Shown here: positions 43,760 to 60,365 of the stretch, in pieces
Position numbering within the stretch: the first letter of the stretch is position 1
How the letters are laid out: each line of letters opens with the position of its first letter
NCBI GenBank assembly: GCA_964016885.1
Contig: OZ024740.1
Span: 66,464,001-66,528,000, forward strand
DNA length: 64,000 bases
Direction of reading: 5' to 3'
From: Eledone cirrhosa
Taxonomy: Eukaryota
The notes under the pieces: generated by a model
The model's input: only the letters and a program-made list of their open reading frames with translations
Told to the model about the DNA's origin: nothing
Databases searched by the model: none
Made by a program: the position numbers and the translations under genes

Positions 43760-46700
43760 TATCTATGTTAAAACTATCTAGTTATAATAAACTATTTAAA
43801 ATAAAGTTTTTAACCCCCTCCACCTAAGTTTGAAAGATAACAATTATATAACCAATATAATAACCAATAATATTTTATATTTTATATACTCTATAAAGAT
43901 CATTTTATAACACTACAACAATATTAAAAGAACCCTTAATTTATCAACACCCTTAACTACCCCCCTTTGTTATTAACCCTCTTTACAACTTCCTGTGTAA
44001 ACTTATAAAATTAAACAACCCAACGGTTTACCAACAGCTTAATAAGGGTTAATACAAACATAAAAAAAGATAATTTGTAGTTAAAAAATGCATAAAATAA
44101 TATACCCTAAATAACAACATGACCAGTAATTCGGCGGAATTTACATTTAACAAACAAACATCTATTGACTATAAACGATTTAAAATAATCCCATGGTTAA
44201 TAGCTGTGAGTAAAAAAACAACATACACACATACATACGAACTACAACACAAAAACACTTAAATGAAAATCACATACCCAACTCTATCATGTGCTTTGCA
44301 TAACAACTACCTACATTATCACCACATGCCTAACAAAATACGTTTATTTCAACTACATTATAACTCTTTCCTCAAACATGCCTTATTGACTGTATTGACT
44401 CCTGCCTTGTGCACCAATTTTCCTTGGTTATAGTTTTTTGCCTGTTTTTTTAGCTTGTGGTTTTTTTGGCTTGTGATTTTGTTTTCATTGTGCTTTTTAC
44501 TTATACCTATTACACTTCCAACCTGTGCTGCCTGTAATTGTGTTCTTTCAAGCAGAACATCATTTTAACTCCTGACTCTCCACATGATGCCTTTGACACT
44601 AATAACAATTATGTACCCAAAATGTTCTAAATGACTGGGTTTTTAGTTACATGTTTCGATATTCCTTATGCTCCGATGAATCCAGACTTCCCTCTGGAAG
44701 AAACAATTGACAGCTAATAAATGTTCTAAACTAAAATTTGATCGTTTTAACACTTTGTATCTCAGCTCTGTAAAACACTTGAAAATTTTCATTGAACCTT
44801 TTGTCATACCGGTAACCGGCTAGTACTTAGTACTACCCTAGATATTTATAGCTATAGCAAACATTCTAGGGCGGGTAAAATTCCCGAGATCCATGGACGA
44901 GTTCTCTCCAGCGGTCTCAGTCCTTCATTATCGCTGCCATGTCCTGCCTCTCCAACAGACCAATGTCTGTTCTTAGGGCATCAACATACGTTAACGTTGG
45001 TCTCCCTTGTCCAGTGTGTCCATGTAGGGGATCCCACAGGAGCACTGAGTGCAATGTCAACTCTGGATGTCGGTGAGCATGTCCAGCTAACCTCAGTCGC
45101 TTCTGTGTCAATTTTATAACATATATAAATATAAATATTACTACTTCTGCTCCTTCTAGTAGAGCTGACATACATAGAATTACCGGTATGTTGATCAAAG
45201 ACTATCTTCCTTTTGCCTCTAAAGAACATAACTATCCCATCTAGGGATACATACGAAAAACTACTGATTAATAATGTCAACTCTTTTATTAAAAGAGTTA
45301 GATGGAAGGCCTTCCACTAGGATAGGAACCGCGCTGTGAAAAAACAAGATGCATCTTCGTTTGAAACATACGGCTTCAAAACATATAAAAGCCCTGCACA
45401 CAATATTACTGGACTAATTTCAAAACGACCTTGCGTCACTTGTTAAAAGGATTTAAGTACAAGAAATACTACAATAAGAAGAACGACTTCATAAATAACC
45501 TAAATTCCACAAAGAAAAACTTTAATAAGAATAGGAATATTTTAGTAATAGCTGAAAAAACTAAAAACATATATAGCCTAGATTACGATACAGATGGGGA
45601 ATTTATATATAAAGAACTTTATAGGAACTACAAAAAACATCTCATAAAAACCTGGATGACATAAATATTGAAGCCCGTAGTTTAATATGTATATTAAGAC
45701 TAGAGAGATATGCTCAACCGTACACCCTAATCACCCACGATTCTCTCTTAAAGACCATAATGATGACTTCGATACTAACCCCTCAATTAGAATTATTTGC
45801 CCATCCAGATCCGACATTGGTATTATTAGTAAAATAATTTTATATAAAATAATCCCCCAAATTAAACAAAAAATTCATTTTAACCTCTAGGAAAACACTA
45901 GTGAAGTAATCGAATGATTTAATGGTATTAATGAAAATAATAATAAGAAATTCATCCAATTTGATTAACACTCCTACTACACCCCTATTTCGCCTATCCT
46001 CTTAAATAAAGCATTAATAATGGCCATTAACAATAGTGAACTCACTAAATCCCAGGTAGATATAATCCTTGCGGCCAGGAAAACATTAATTAAATTTGAA
46101 GACCAACTATGGACCCGCAAGAATACACCAAACAACTTCGATATCACCATGGGATCTAGTGACTCGGCACAGGTAACGGACTTAGTCGGTCTATTTCTCT
46201 TAAACGAAATACACAAGAACCTACCTTACCTCAACTGTGGCCTCTACCGAGACGAGGCGCTTTCCCTCTTAGACTTTAAACAGTTCAATATTGAAAGAAA
46301 TAGAAAACAATTACATAAAATATTTTAAAACTATAACTAGGTATCACTTTAGATAAAAACACCAAAAATGTTAATTTCCTTGACATCACTCTCTACTTAG
46401 AATCTAAAAAATACACACCTTATCATAAACCTAATGAAATTCTTGTCTATGTTAATACCAACTCTAGCCACCCTAAATCTGTACTGACCTGAATCATTAA
46501 TGGGCTATCTAATAGAATACCTCGCCTTTCTTACAACAAAAATACATTTAATCGTAACTCCCAATACGATAATGAAGCCTTAGCCCGTTCCGGCCATAGA
46601 GATAAAATTAAATTTAAACCTAAATCGTCAAGTACCCATAGACAACCTAATATAATTTTACACAGCATGGCCATGAATAAAAGTAAATATGATCATAGTA

Positions 46701-47053
46701 TTGAAAATCCTGACTCCTATACAAAGGGCACAATACAAAAAAGTCAAATCACACCACAGCAATAGTCCTAAGAAGAACAACAGAAAAAATATAGTTAAGA
46801 AGGAACCTAACACCACACTGAACAGTAGTATGAATAACAACCATAAGAAGAATAGAAGAAGTAGCCCACCTTTTAAACCTCCGATCAAATTAAATGTATC
46901 AACAAACATACCCAAAGCTTTCTTCTCTACTCTAGACGAGAACTTTCCAACTAGCCATAAAATCCACAACCTGTTTAACAAAAGCACAATTAAAATATCC
47001 AACTCCTCCACACCTAACATAGAAGACCATATAGCCAAAACCAACAAGAGAAA

Positions 47054-47056
<3 letters not shown>
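43760..47056 (+). mobile_element. Decayed Naiad element of another family: upstream pLTR-like region with HHR remnant (44670-44714), ORF about 45200-47056, 3' end lost at (TA)n
   Basis: LKNITIPS..NSFIKRVRWKA; SLKDH..NPSIRIICP; FDITMGSSDSAQVTDLVG; GLYRD; HKIHNLFNKSTIKIS; HHR GCT-CCGATGA-ATCCAGA/TCTGGAA-GAAACAATTG plus AATAAA. Confidence 0.85.
44867..45113 (-). mobile_element. 3' fragment of the RTE family at 1154, nested in the Naiad
   Basis: Matches 1154-1310; RLRLAGH..GRP..YVD. Confidence 0.88.
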
Positions 47057-47104
<48 letters not shown>

Positions 47105-47778
47105 GACAGGGGAGAAGAAAAAATGGCTTCACTTGTGCTTTCAACAAATTTATTTCCTTCACAAAATCCAAAAAGAATTTTTTTCCGATTAGAAAAACAT
47201 TTTTTTTTTTTTCTTAAAAAAAACTTTTATTTTATAAATTAAGTTGTTGGTTGTTGGTTAGGTCTTAGGAGTTCTTGGTTAACGTAGGAGGTATTGTTTC
47301 GTTTTTAGAACGACCTTTCACGCTGAGGTGCGCTTGTCAAACTGATGTGTATGTGGTGTGTTGTTCTATATATAGGGATTTAACATGTCTGTGGTGTGGT
47401 GGGGGTTTCTTTTCTCCCCCTTTAATAAGTGTATGGGTGTAGGTGTGTTGAAAAAGTGTTAATAGCAGTGATGAGTTGAGACGGTGAGTAGGGTTGGGTG
47501 GGAAGAAATGTAGCAAGTGCGGCCTGCCCCGGTTATTCTCGAAAAATTCCTTTATTCAGGGGATAAAGCTTTTAGTATTCCTTTTGTGTTGTGAATGGTC
47601 ACAGGCAAATCGCACCTGTCAAATTTGTAAATAATTATTTTTTTATTTTTTTCTGAAGAATTTTTCTACGTCCCTCCCAAAATTAGTCCTTTGTTCAACA
47701 CACACATATGTGCGTATATACGTACATACACACACGGGCATATGTAGGAATATATAGGCACACACCATCAATCACACA

Positions 47779-47829
<51 letters not shown>

Positions 47830-47831
<2 letters not shown>

Positions 47832-48035
47832 GAACGAGTAGGACCCCGACGGCTGACCTCAAGCCGTTTCGACGGCTAATTCTGACTATTTTTTTAGTCC
47901 AGAATTAGCCGTTGAAACGGCTTGAGCTCAGCCGTCGGGGTCCTATTCGTTCCTATTACCTACTCTACTACCCTAAGTATTGAGTACTTTGGTGCGTTAT
48001 GGTCCACCTGGTTCCTTACCATATTTCCTTCGTTA
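47830..48035. repeat. Palindromic family P1, asymmetric copy
   Basis: Same hairpin and right extension as 42621. Confidence 0.9.
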
Positions 48036-48048
48036 AATATATATATAT

Positions 48049-51000
48049 CGAAGGGAATGGGAGATTATCCATGAACTAAAAATCAATACGGACATTATAA
48101 TTAAGGAAGCGGACAAAGGAAGTACTGTTGTATGATGGAGGCTGAAAAATATAAAAATTCCAAGTTCTCTCTCTTACAAAATTCTAATTACTATGAAAGA
48201 GTAAAAAACTACACGCAATCAAAAACAATGACCAGAGTAAACACACTAATTTATCGATACCAGGAAGACATAACTAAAAAGGAACGCGATTATTTAACAC
48301 ATTTTGAATACAAAACCAGCAACCTTTACGGACTTTCGAAGATCCACAAGTGTAAAATAATTAACGATGCCTGTAAAGAATCCACCTCAGCCTGCGTGAA
48401 CACGCAATACCCCACAAACCTTAAATTAAGACCAATTGTAGCGAGCCCACAATGTGAAACACACAGACTGAGCAACTTTATAGACATACTACTAAAACCA
48501 ATTCTCAAACAGATACCAAGCCTTGTAAGAGACGATCTGGACCTCTTAAACCACCTCCCCAAACATGTCAACAACGACACTATTATTGTGTCTTTCGATG
48601 TAGTGAATCTCTACAAAACGATCTCACACCAATACGGACTAGAAGCAATAGGATTCTGGTTAGTGAAATATCCCAATGAGATACCTGGCAGAATAGAAAA
48701 AAGCTTCATCACCGAGGGATTAAAATTCCTCATACAGAACAACTTTTTTGATTTCGATGGCAGTACTTACAATCAAATGTCGGGGACTGCGATGGGTACA
48801 AAAGCCGCTCCAACTTATGCCAACTTAGTCATGGCATACTTAGAAGTCTAGATATATGAACAGTCCAAATCAAAATACGGATTGAACTTCCACAAATATT
48901 TAACAGTGAATTTGAAACGCTACTTGGATGATTGTCTCATTATTTGGTCCCACACACTCGACCAACTGAATGATTTCAAAAACTTAATAAACGGCATCAA
49001 TAACCACATCCAATTCACAATGGAATACAGTCAAGATAAACTGCCATTTCTGGATATCTTAATCTTAAAAAAAGACACAAATACACTACAAACCAACAGA
49101 TTCCAAACAATACCTGCTATTCACCTCCAACTATCGAAAGCACACGAAGACGAACATTCCTTTTAACCTAGCAAGAAGAATTTGCACAATTGTCTCCAAT
49201 TCTGAAACGCGAAATAAAAGACTTCAAGAATTAAAGGAAATTCTACTTGAAAGACAGTTCCCACAATTACTAATAAATAATGGAAAAGAAAGGGCTAAAG
49301 CAATAGCAATTGAAGAATTACGAAAACAGAAACAAATTGAAGGTACGTCCAATATTCTATCATATATCTCAACCCAAGAAATGCGGAAGCTTACAACACT
49401 ATTCACAAGAACATCCCACTTGTAAAACAAGACCCAAGAATGAAAAAAGCCCTTGAAACACACAAAGTAATCAAAAGCAAAAGACAACCGAAATCACTGA
49501 AAACATTACTCACCAATGCCAAATTACCTACCACAAACCCACAACCAACTGTCAAAAAATGTGGTCGCACTAATTGTGGAACATGCACTCACCTCATTGA
49601 AGGCAACACGTATACATTTAAATCAGGACAAAATTTTGCTGTAAAAAGTCACTTCACTTGCTCATCAAAAAATCTATTTTATGCCATTAAATGTAAAGGA
49701 TGCAATGAAGATTATATAGGACAAACTAAACTCACACTCAGAAACAGAATGACAGTTCATCGCGAACAATTACGAGAGCCAACCACGAGACAGATAACGC
49801 TAAGCGCACATCTAGACATATGCGCAAGTAATAAGACACCCAAATTCCAAGTCTTCCCATTTTACCTTTGCGCTAACAATACAACAGAACAAATACGAAT
49901 AAATAAGGAAAATATGTTTATTCAAAAATATAGATCAGCATTAAATATGGTTTAATATACATTATGTAAACACCATAACATGCTAACCATCCAAACAGAC
50001 ACATACACACACACATAACACCTGCTACTTTAGAAAATAAAAACCCGAACTAAACCTTAACATACGTTTGCGCTGACAATACAACAGAACAAATACGAAT
50101 AAGTAAGGAAAATATGTTCATTCAAAAATATTCCTACTAAAGGAATCATTTTCCTACACACAGACACACACACACACAATATATATATATATTCTCTTCA
50201 TCTTAACATGATAACCATACTCCCACACACATAACAACCCCTAACCCCCACAAACAGAGAACTCCCTCCCTCATTTCTACTAATAGAATCCCTTTCCTAC
50301 ACACATATATACACACACACAACATATATATATTCTCTCCATCTTAACATACTCCCCCACACACATAACACCCATATACCCACACACACAACTCCCTCCT
50401 CTATTTCTACTAATAGAATAATCTTCCAATACACACACACACACACACACATCCACACACACATACACACACACAAGCACACAAATAAACATACATATCT
50501 TTACATTCTTTATTCAATAGAAAATCTGAATTCTGACACCCGAGCGAACTAACCATATTCACTGAACCAGAACAAATCTCCCATCCCATTTCTCTTGACC
50601 ATTATCTTTTGCTTGTCATACAATTCTCTAAAAAGGCTGCAGAATAGATTTCCAAATAAGGGCGCGAAAATTTAAGGAAAACTTGTTCACGTGACAGCCA
50701 TAATTTCATTTATAAGCAATCAAATTACGTTTATTAAAAAAAAAGCTTTGGTGAGACCCTTTTTTAAAGTAAAAATATATTCAAACACACACAGACACAC
50801 ACACAGACACACACACACATACACACACACACATACACACACAAGCACACACATAAACATACATATCTTTACCTTCTTTATCCAATAAAAAAAAATTGAA
50901 TTCTGACACCCCAACGAACTAACCATATTCACTGAACCAGAACAATTCTCCAATCCCATTTCTCTTGACCATTATCTTTTGCTTGTCATAAAATTCTCTA

Positions 51001-51532
51001 AAAAGGCTACAGAATAGATTTCCAAATAAGGGCGCGAAAATTTAATGAAAACTTGTTCACGTGACAGGAATAATTTCATTCATAACCAATCAAATTATGT
51101 TAAGTAAAAAAAGGCTTCGCGAGCCCCTTTTTTTAAGTAAAAAGAAATTCAAACACTCATATATGAAAAAAACAACCAGTGCCCCCCCCCCCCCCCCCCT
51201 TGTTTAAAGAACTTTGTAACGCGAACTAGCGCGAAATTTATTATAATTATTGACCAACGAATCAATTTACTTCTCTAAGAACTGGCATTTCGAGCCACTT
51301 TTTTCCATATTAAACAAGTAACATTCAGAGACCAACCAGATGTGAGAAAAACCACAGAACCGCCATCTCAAAAGTACTTTTGAAAAGTAGAAAAACTGCG
51401 AAACAGGGAAAGGGACCAAATATATATATATATTTTTAAAAAAAATCAGACTCTAGTTGCATTTTCGAGTTCATCTTTTTTTCATTATACTTTCACACGT
51501 GTAGGACACCTCCGTTGTAAAAAAAACCTCAC

Positions 51533-51538
<6 letters not shown>
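48049..51538 (+). mobile_element. 5'-truncated Neptune-type PLE (coding about 48049-49955, disrupted) with long, internally duplicated 3' UTR
   Basis: KEADKGS, KIHK, LRPIV, SFDVVNLY, GTAMG, RYLDD, LPFLD, CGRTNCGTC, FTCSSKNLFYAIKCKGC..YIGQT; duplications 50430-50790 / 50800-51155. Confidence 0.92.
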
Positions 51539-51615
<77 letters not shown>

Positions 51616-51747
51616 TACATACATATATGTGTATACATACATATATATACATATATACATATATATATATATATACATATATACATATATATATATAATT
51701 ATACATATATATATATATATACATATATATATATTTATATATATACA

Positions 51748-51779
<32 letters not shown>

Positions 51780-51836
51780 CATATACATATATATATATAT
51801 ACATATATATATACATATATATACATATATATATTC

Positions 51837-51881
<45 letters not shown>

Positions 51882-51912
51882 TATACATACATATATATAT
51901 ATATACATATAT

Positions 51913-51953
<41 letters not shown>

Positions 51954-51956
51954 TAC

Positions 51957-51989
<33 letters not shown>

Positions 51990-51990
51990 C

Positions 51991-52386
<396 letters not shown>

Positions 52387-52387
52387 G

Positions 52388-52520
<133 letters not shown>

Positions 52521-52534
52521 TTATATATATACAC

Positions 52535-52582
<48 letters not shown>

Positions 52583-52619
52583 TTATATATATATATATAT
52601 ACACATATATGTATATATG

Positions 52620-52700
<81 letters not shown>

Positions 52701-52739
52701 ATATATACACACATATATATATATATATGTATATATATT

Positions 52740-52842
<103 letters not shown>

Positions 52843-52864
52843 ATATATATATACATATATACAC

Positions 52865-52945
<81 letters not shown>

Positions 52946-52956
52946 CATATATATAC

Positions 52957-53222
<266 letters not shown>

Positions 53223-53413
53223 ATGAACTTTTTTTGTTTAATATAAGGAATTGTTTTATTCATTATTTGTTTAATATTTTATCTTGACTCTGTATACCGT
53301 TTATCTTTCACCGAAAGTGGTTTATCATTACATCTCTTCTTTCCATGATATCCGGAATACATTGAGTTCTTCATACGGATAGGACACTACCGTAAACTCT
53401 TGGTAGATTTATC

Positions 53414-53482
<69 letters not shown>

Positions 53483-53496
53483 TTATATATATACAC

Positions 53497-53542
<46 letters not shown>

Positions 53543-53579
53543 TTATATATATATATATATACACATATATGTATATATG

Positions 53580-53662
<83 letters not shown>

Positions 53663-53701
53663 ATATATACACACATATATATATATATATGTATATATAT
53701 T

Positions 53702-53806
<105 letters not shown>

Positions 53807-53830
53807 ATATATATATATACATATATACAC

Positions 53831-53927
<97 letters not shown>

Positions 53928-53946
53928 CATATATATACATATATAT

Positions 53947-54025
<79 letters not shown>

Positions 54026-54133
54026 CATATATATACATATATACATACATATATATGTATACATACATATATATGTATACATATATACATATATATATAT
54101 ATATAATTATACATATATATATATACATATATA

Positions 54134-55418
54134 TATTCTCTTTTACTCTTTTACTATTTTACCTGTTTCAGCCATCTGGCTGAGGCCATACTGGGGCACC
54201 GCCCTTGTTGCTACATATTTTATCTCCAGCCTGTATAGGTTGGCCACTGGTGTAGGAGAGAGTTTGTTGATGCTGCCCTTAGGTTTCCCTCGTGTCTTGC
54301 TGTGGGTTCATCCGGGAGCCTGGATAACAAGGTGTCGAGATGTTTCTTAAAGACATCCACCTCCACGTCATGCAAGTCTCTCAGATGCCTCGGCAGCCTG
54401 TTGAAGAGTTGAGGGCCCTTGAATCCCAGGCTATTGCAATACCTCCTCCTTATTCTAGATGTGGAAGACGGGACCTTTGGCACCACACAGTGACGTCCTG
54501 TTCGACGGTTGGTCCAGCTCCCAATGCCAAAGTTTGGTGCTAGTCCCTCCAGGATTTTCCATATATAGATTACTGCGTATCTCTCCCGTCTTCTCTCCAA
54601 GGAGTAGAGGTTCAGTTCCTTTAGCCTCTACCAGTAGCTTTTCTCCCTCATCTTGGCAATCCTCTTGGTGTAGCTTCGCTGGTTTGCCTCAAGCTCCGTG
54701 GTTAGTTTGACACTATGGGGTGACCACAACTGGGAGCAGTAGTCCAGGCGCCTGAGGACAAAAGTCCTCCACAGTGTCAACATGGTGTCTCGATCTCTTG
54801 TCCGGAAAGTCCTCAAGATCCAGCCAGCGATTCGTCTGCATGTTGTCGCCACTTTCATGATGTGTGAAGAAAAAGATGCTTCATCCCTCATGTCTATGCC
54901 CAGGTCTCGTATCGATTTTGACACGGGGATATCGGTCCCTCCTGGTCCTGTGTAGCTGTGTTCCACTAAATTTGTGTTTGCAGGTATGTATTGTAGGGCT
55001 TGGAATTTGCCAGCATTAAACTGCATGTTGTTTTCTTCCGCCCATCTGTATATGGCATCCAGATCCTGCTGTAAAAGGGCAGCATCAGCCGTGTTTTTGA
55101 TTGCTAGTAAGGGATGTTGTTGCATGCACCACAGAGGGCATGTCCGAGAGAGCCACCAAAAACAGTAGTGGTCCCACGACTCTCCCCTGGATCACCCAAC
55201 TTGTTATCGGTGTTTCCCTCGAGAGGGCCCTATTTGCTGCGACTGCCTGGCTTCTGTCCCCTAGGAAGCCATGCAGCCACTCACCTGCTTTTCCAGTTAT
55301 GCCGAGTCCGTGTAGTTTGTGACATATCATTCCGCGGTCGACCTTGTCAAAGGCCTTCGCAAAGTCAAGATATATCACGTCCACATGTGAGCTGTCTAGT
55401 AGTTGTCTCAGTACCCAG
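54134..55418 (-). mobile_element. 5'-truncated CR1-type LINE, decayed
   Basis: [45 protein letters not shown]; tandem TAAAAGAG-like tail. Confidence 0.92.
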
Positions 55419-55422
55419 TATA

Positions 55423-55458
<36 letters not shown>

Positions 55459-55581
55459 CATATATACATATATATATATACATATATATACATATATATA
55501 TACATATATATACATATACATATATATATATACATATATATACATATATATACATATATACATATATATATATATACATAC

Positions 55582-55628
<47 letters not shown>

Positions 55629-55713
55629 CATATATATATATACATATATATATATACATATATATATATACATATATATATACATATATATATATATACA
55701 TATATATATATAC

Positions 55714-55814
<101 letters not shown>

Positions 55815-55836
55815 CATATATATAAATATATATATA

Positions 55837-55886
<50 letters not shown>

Positions 55887-55889
55887 TAC

Positions 55890-55926
<37 letters not shown>

Positions 55927-55931
55927 CATAC

Positions 55932-56188
<257 letters not shown>

Positions 56189-56190
56189 CA

Positions 56191-56265
<75 letters not shown>

Positions 56266-56275
56266 TTATATATAT

Positions 56276-56317
<42 letters not shown>

Positions 56318-56381
56318 TTATATATATACATATATATATATATATGTATATATAAATATATGTATATATATTTATATATAT

Positions 56382-57323
<942 letters not shown>

Positions 57324-57891
57324 GTTTTGCGAGGTTTTTTATATGAAATCGTGTGTCGAAACAGATATTGTTATATTTGGGGAGGGTCATATTTGCGTAA
57401 TATTGCCAGAATTAATAACAGAACACACTCACTGTTTGGTTGGTTTTCGCTTCTCGCTGTCTTTTATATATATATATCTGCGATCTAACTTACTCGGTCC
57501 TCAATGTTGCCATTGACTGACCGGCGGTCAAAAATAATACAGATACAATATAGACACAAACACATATATATAGTTTACATAATTTACATAAATCTTTCGT
57601 TGCACATCTGCAACATCGTCAGTGGTGTTATATTCATTGTTCCTCCTGTTGTGTTGTATGTCTACGCCATTTTTTTTTGTTCAGTCTGTCTATATATTTA
57701 TTTATTTATTTGCTTGTTTGTTTATCTTATTTTATTTTGTCTTCTTTGCGCATGCGTTTGCGTGTGTGTATAGTGTTATGTGTGATGTGTGACTAGTGTG
57801 TATAGTGTTGTGTCTGCTGGGTGACTAGTGTGTGTTTATGTGCTTGTGTATGTATTTATTTATCTTATTTTATTTAATTTTATTTACTTAT

Positions 57892-59484
57892 TTATACTTC
57901 TCTTAGGTCAGTGTTGTTTGTTTGGGTGTTGTTGTTGTTCCACTCATTCTTTCTGTTTAGCTTTGGTCTTCTAATTTCTATTTCACTGGCCTCTCTGATG
58001 TGCCTATCTGCTGGGTCATTCCTATGTTTAGATATTATTCTAATTTCTATGTTGTCTATGTTACCGTCGTGTTGTTGTCTAGCATGTTCGTATAGTACTG
58101 ATCCGTTTTTTCGTCCTTTTAGTTCCCCCCAGTGTTGGTCTATCCTTTCACCTATGCTACGAGCTGTCTCACCTATGTATGTTGTTGTCATGTTTCTGCA
58201 AGTACCCTCTGTACATCTTATGCTATAGACTACGTTTCTGGTTTTACAGTTTATCCGGGGGTTCACCTTACATATGATACATTTCCTATTAGTACAGTGG
58301 GTTTTCTTAAAAGGGTAGGTTTTGCTGATCAGGGATTTTATGGTGGTTCCTGGCTTTTGTACCACCTTTATTTTTAAGTGGGTCTTTCTCAGGGCCTTTC
58401 TACACTGGTTAGCTAATTTCCCTCCAGGGGTGGCATCCACAAACATGACACTCTGATATCTCTGGTTGTCGTACCATGATGTGGCCTTCCCTATCTTATG
58501 TCTAGCCCTATCTAAGCTATTCCATGATTTGCTCCTGTATAGTGGGAAAATTCCTTTCATGTCCAGTTCTATGAGGGTCTTATATTTTTCCATGGCTCCT
58601 TCGTATACTCTGACTCTGTCTCTTTGGTTGTAGCCAGAGAACTGCATGCGGTTGATGAAGTGTTGGATGTGTCCTTCCATTTCTGCTGGGTCGCACATGC
58701 TGGACACATTCTTCATCACTCGTACCAAATCTGCGATCAGAATATTAAACTTAGCACTACTGGACATTGCTGAGTTTTTGAGTATCAGGTATTTGGAGGC
58801 CATGGGTTTAGCATAGTGTGAGTGGAGAATTTGGGCTCTCTCGTCTATAGTGTTAATCCAGAGTTCTGTGTCTAATACAGGTAGTCTATTGTTAGGGTGT
58901 TTGGAAGGGAAGTCTATAGTTACAGTTATACTCTGGTGTATGGAATTAGCTATCTGCTGGATGCTTTCCATCGTGCTACGTTCTAAATTAAACTTGTTAG
59001 TGCTCTCTAGTGGGGGTGTTCTTATAACTATATTGATATCGTCTACATAACGAGAGTACATGATGAGGTCTATGGAGCTTTCATTAAGGAGATCTTTAAG
59101 TCTCCTTTCCCACCATACCATGAAAAGGTTGGCAACATCACCAGCTATGCTGACGCCGATGGCTGCTCCCTCATTTTGGGTGTAGATTTTCTCATTGAAC
59201 TTAAATATGTGGCCCTTTAGGGTAGTTTTCATACTAGCCCCTATTGCATGTGCGACCATTTTTCTTACCTGATCAGTGTTTTGGGGGGTCCGTATAGCTT
59301 TGGTCCACCCAATCCACCTTCCTATGGGAGTCTTTTTAGCCATTGAGGTTATGGTGGGGGGTCTACCTCTTATAGGTCTACTAGGGCAGAAACATCTAAG
59401 GTCATGGCTGTCTAGGTAGTCAGTGTCGTAGGTAAGTCTAAGTAGGAGGCCCAGTTCGTCTGTGTCGACGTCGCAGAACTCCAC
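57892..59484 (-). CDS. Open but N-terminally truncated PLE RT C-half plus Zn-linker plus GIY-YIG (530 aa)
   Basis: GAAIG..ANLFM, RYVDD, LPVLD, YAKPM, SGY, C..C..C..C, VVY..YIGET..ER..H; N-terminal RT motifs absent; clade assignment is tentative. Confidence 0.8.
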   Translation of the reverse strand: MEFCDVDTDELGLLLRLTYDTDYLDSHDLRCFCPSRPIRGRPPTITSMAKKTPIGRWIGWTKAIRTPQNTDQVRKMVAHAIGASMKTTLKGHIFKFNEKIYTQNEGAAIGVSIAGDVANLFMVWWERRLKDLLNESSIDLIMYSRYVDDINIVIRTPPLESTNKFNLERSTMESIQQIANSIHQSITVTIDFPSKHPNNRLPVLDTELWINTIDERAQILHSHYAKPMASKYLILKNSAMSSSAKFNILIADLVRVMKNVSSMCDPAEMEGHIQHFINRMQFSGYNQRDRVRVYEGAMEKYKTLIELDMKGIFPLYRSKSWNSLDRARHKIGKATSWYDNQRYQSVMFVDATPGGKLANQCRKALRKTHLKIKVVQKPGTTIKSLISKTYPFKKTHCTNRKCIICKVNPRINCKTRNVVYSIRCTEGTCRNMTTTYIGETARSIGERIDQHWGELKGRKNGSVLYEHARQQHDGNIDNIEIRIISKHRNDPADRHIREASEIEIRRPKLNRKNEWNNNNTQTNNTDLREV

Positions 59485-60297
59485 CTCACTCTCAAGGTGG
59501 TAGAAAACCAGGAACCACCATAAAATCCCTGATCAGCAAAACCTACCCTTTTAAGAAAACCCACTGTACTAATAGGAAATGTATCATATGTAAGGTGAAC
59601 CCCCGGATAAACTGTAAAACCAGAAACGTAGTCTATAGCATAAGATGTACAGAGGGTACTTGCAGAAACATGACAACAACATACATAGGTGAGACAGCTC
59701 GTAGCATAGGTGAAAGGATAGACCAACACTGGGGGGAACTAAAAGGACGAAAAAACGGATCAGTACTATACGAACATGCTAGACAACAACACGACGGTAA
59801 CATAGACAACATAGAAATTAGAATAATATCTAAACATAGGAATGACCCAGCAGATAGGCAAATCAGAGAGGCCAGTGAAATAGAAATTAGAAGACCAAAG
59901 CTAAACAGAAAGAATGAGTGGAACAACAACAACACCCAAACAAACAACACTGACCTAAGAGAAGTATAAATAAGTAAATAAAATTAAATAAAATAAGATA
60001 AATAAATTCATACACAAGCACATAAACACACACTAGTCACCCAGCAGACACAACACTATACACACTAGTCACACATCACACATAACACTATACACACACG
60101 CAAACGCATGCGCAAAGAAGACAAAATAAAATAAGATAAACAAACAAGCAAATAAATAAATAAATATATAGACAGACTGAACAAAAAAAAAATGGCGTAG
60201 ACATACAACACAACAGGAGGAACAATGAATATAACACCACTGACGATGTTGCAGATGTGTCTTTCAATAACCTTTCAGCTTGGCACAAGCAAATGCA

Positions 60298-60365
60298 ATA
60301 GCGGCGATGAATTAGTTTTGCGAGGTTTTTTATATGAAATCGTGTGTCGAATCAGATATTGTTAT
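60298..60365 (+). ncRNA. Decayed hammerhead of a separate pLTR, antisense to the adjacent PLE segment
   Basis: ATAGCGG-CGATGA..C-GAA(T/A)CAGAT-A-TTGTTAT; the copy at 57358 retains GAAA. Confidence 0.5.

Noticed and set aside
57911-59050. Antisense ORFs over PLE and LINE coding regions
   Set aside because: Shadow frames of retroelement ORFs with no independent motifs
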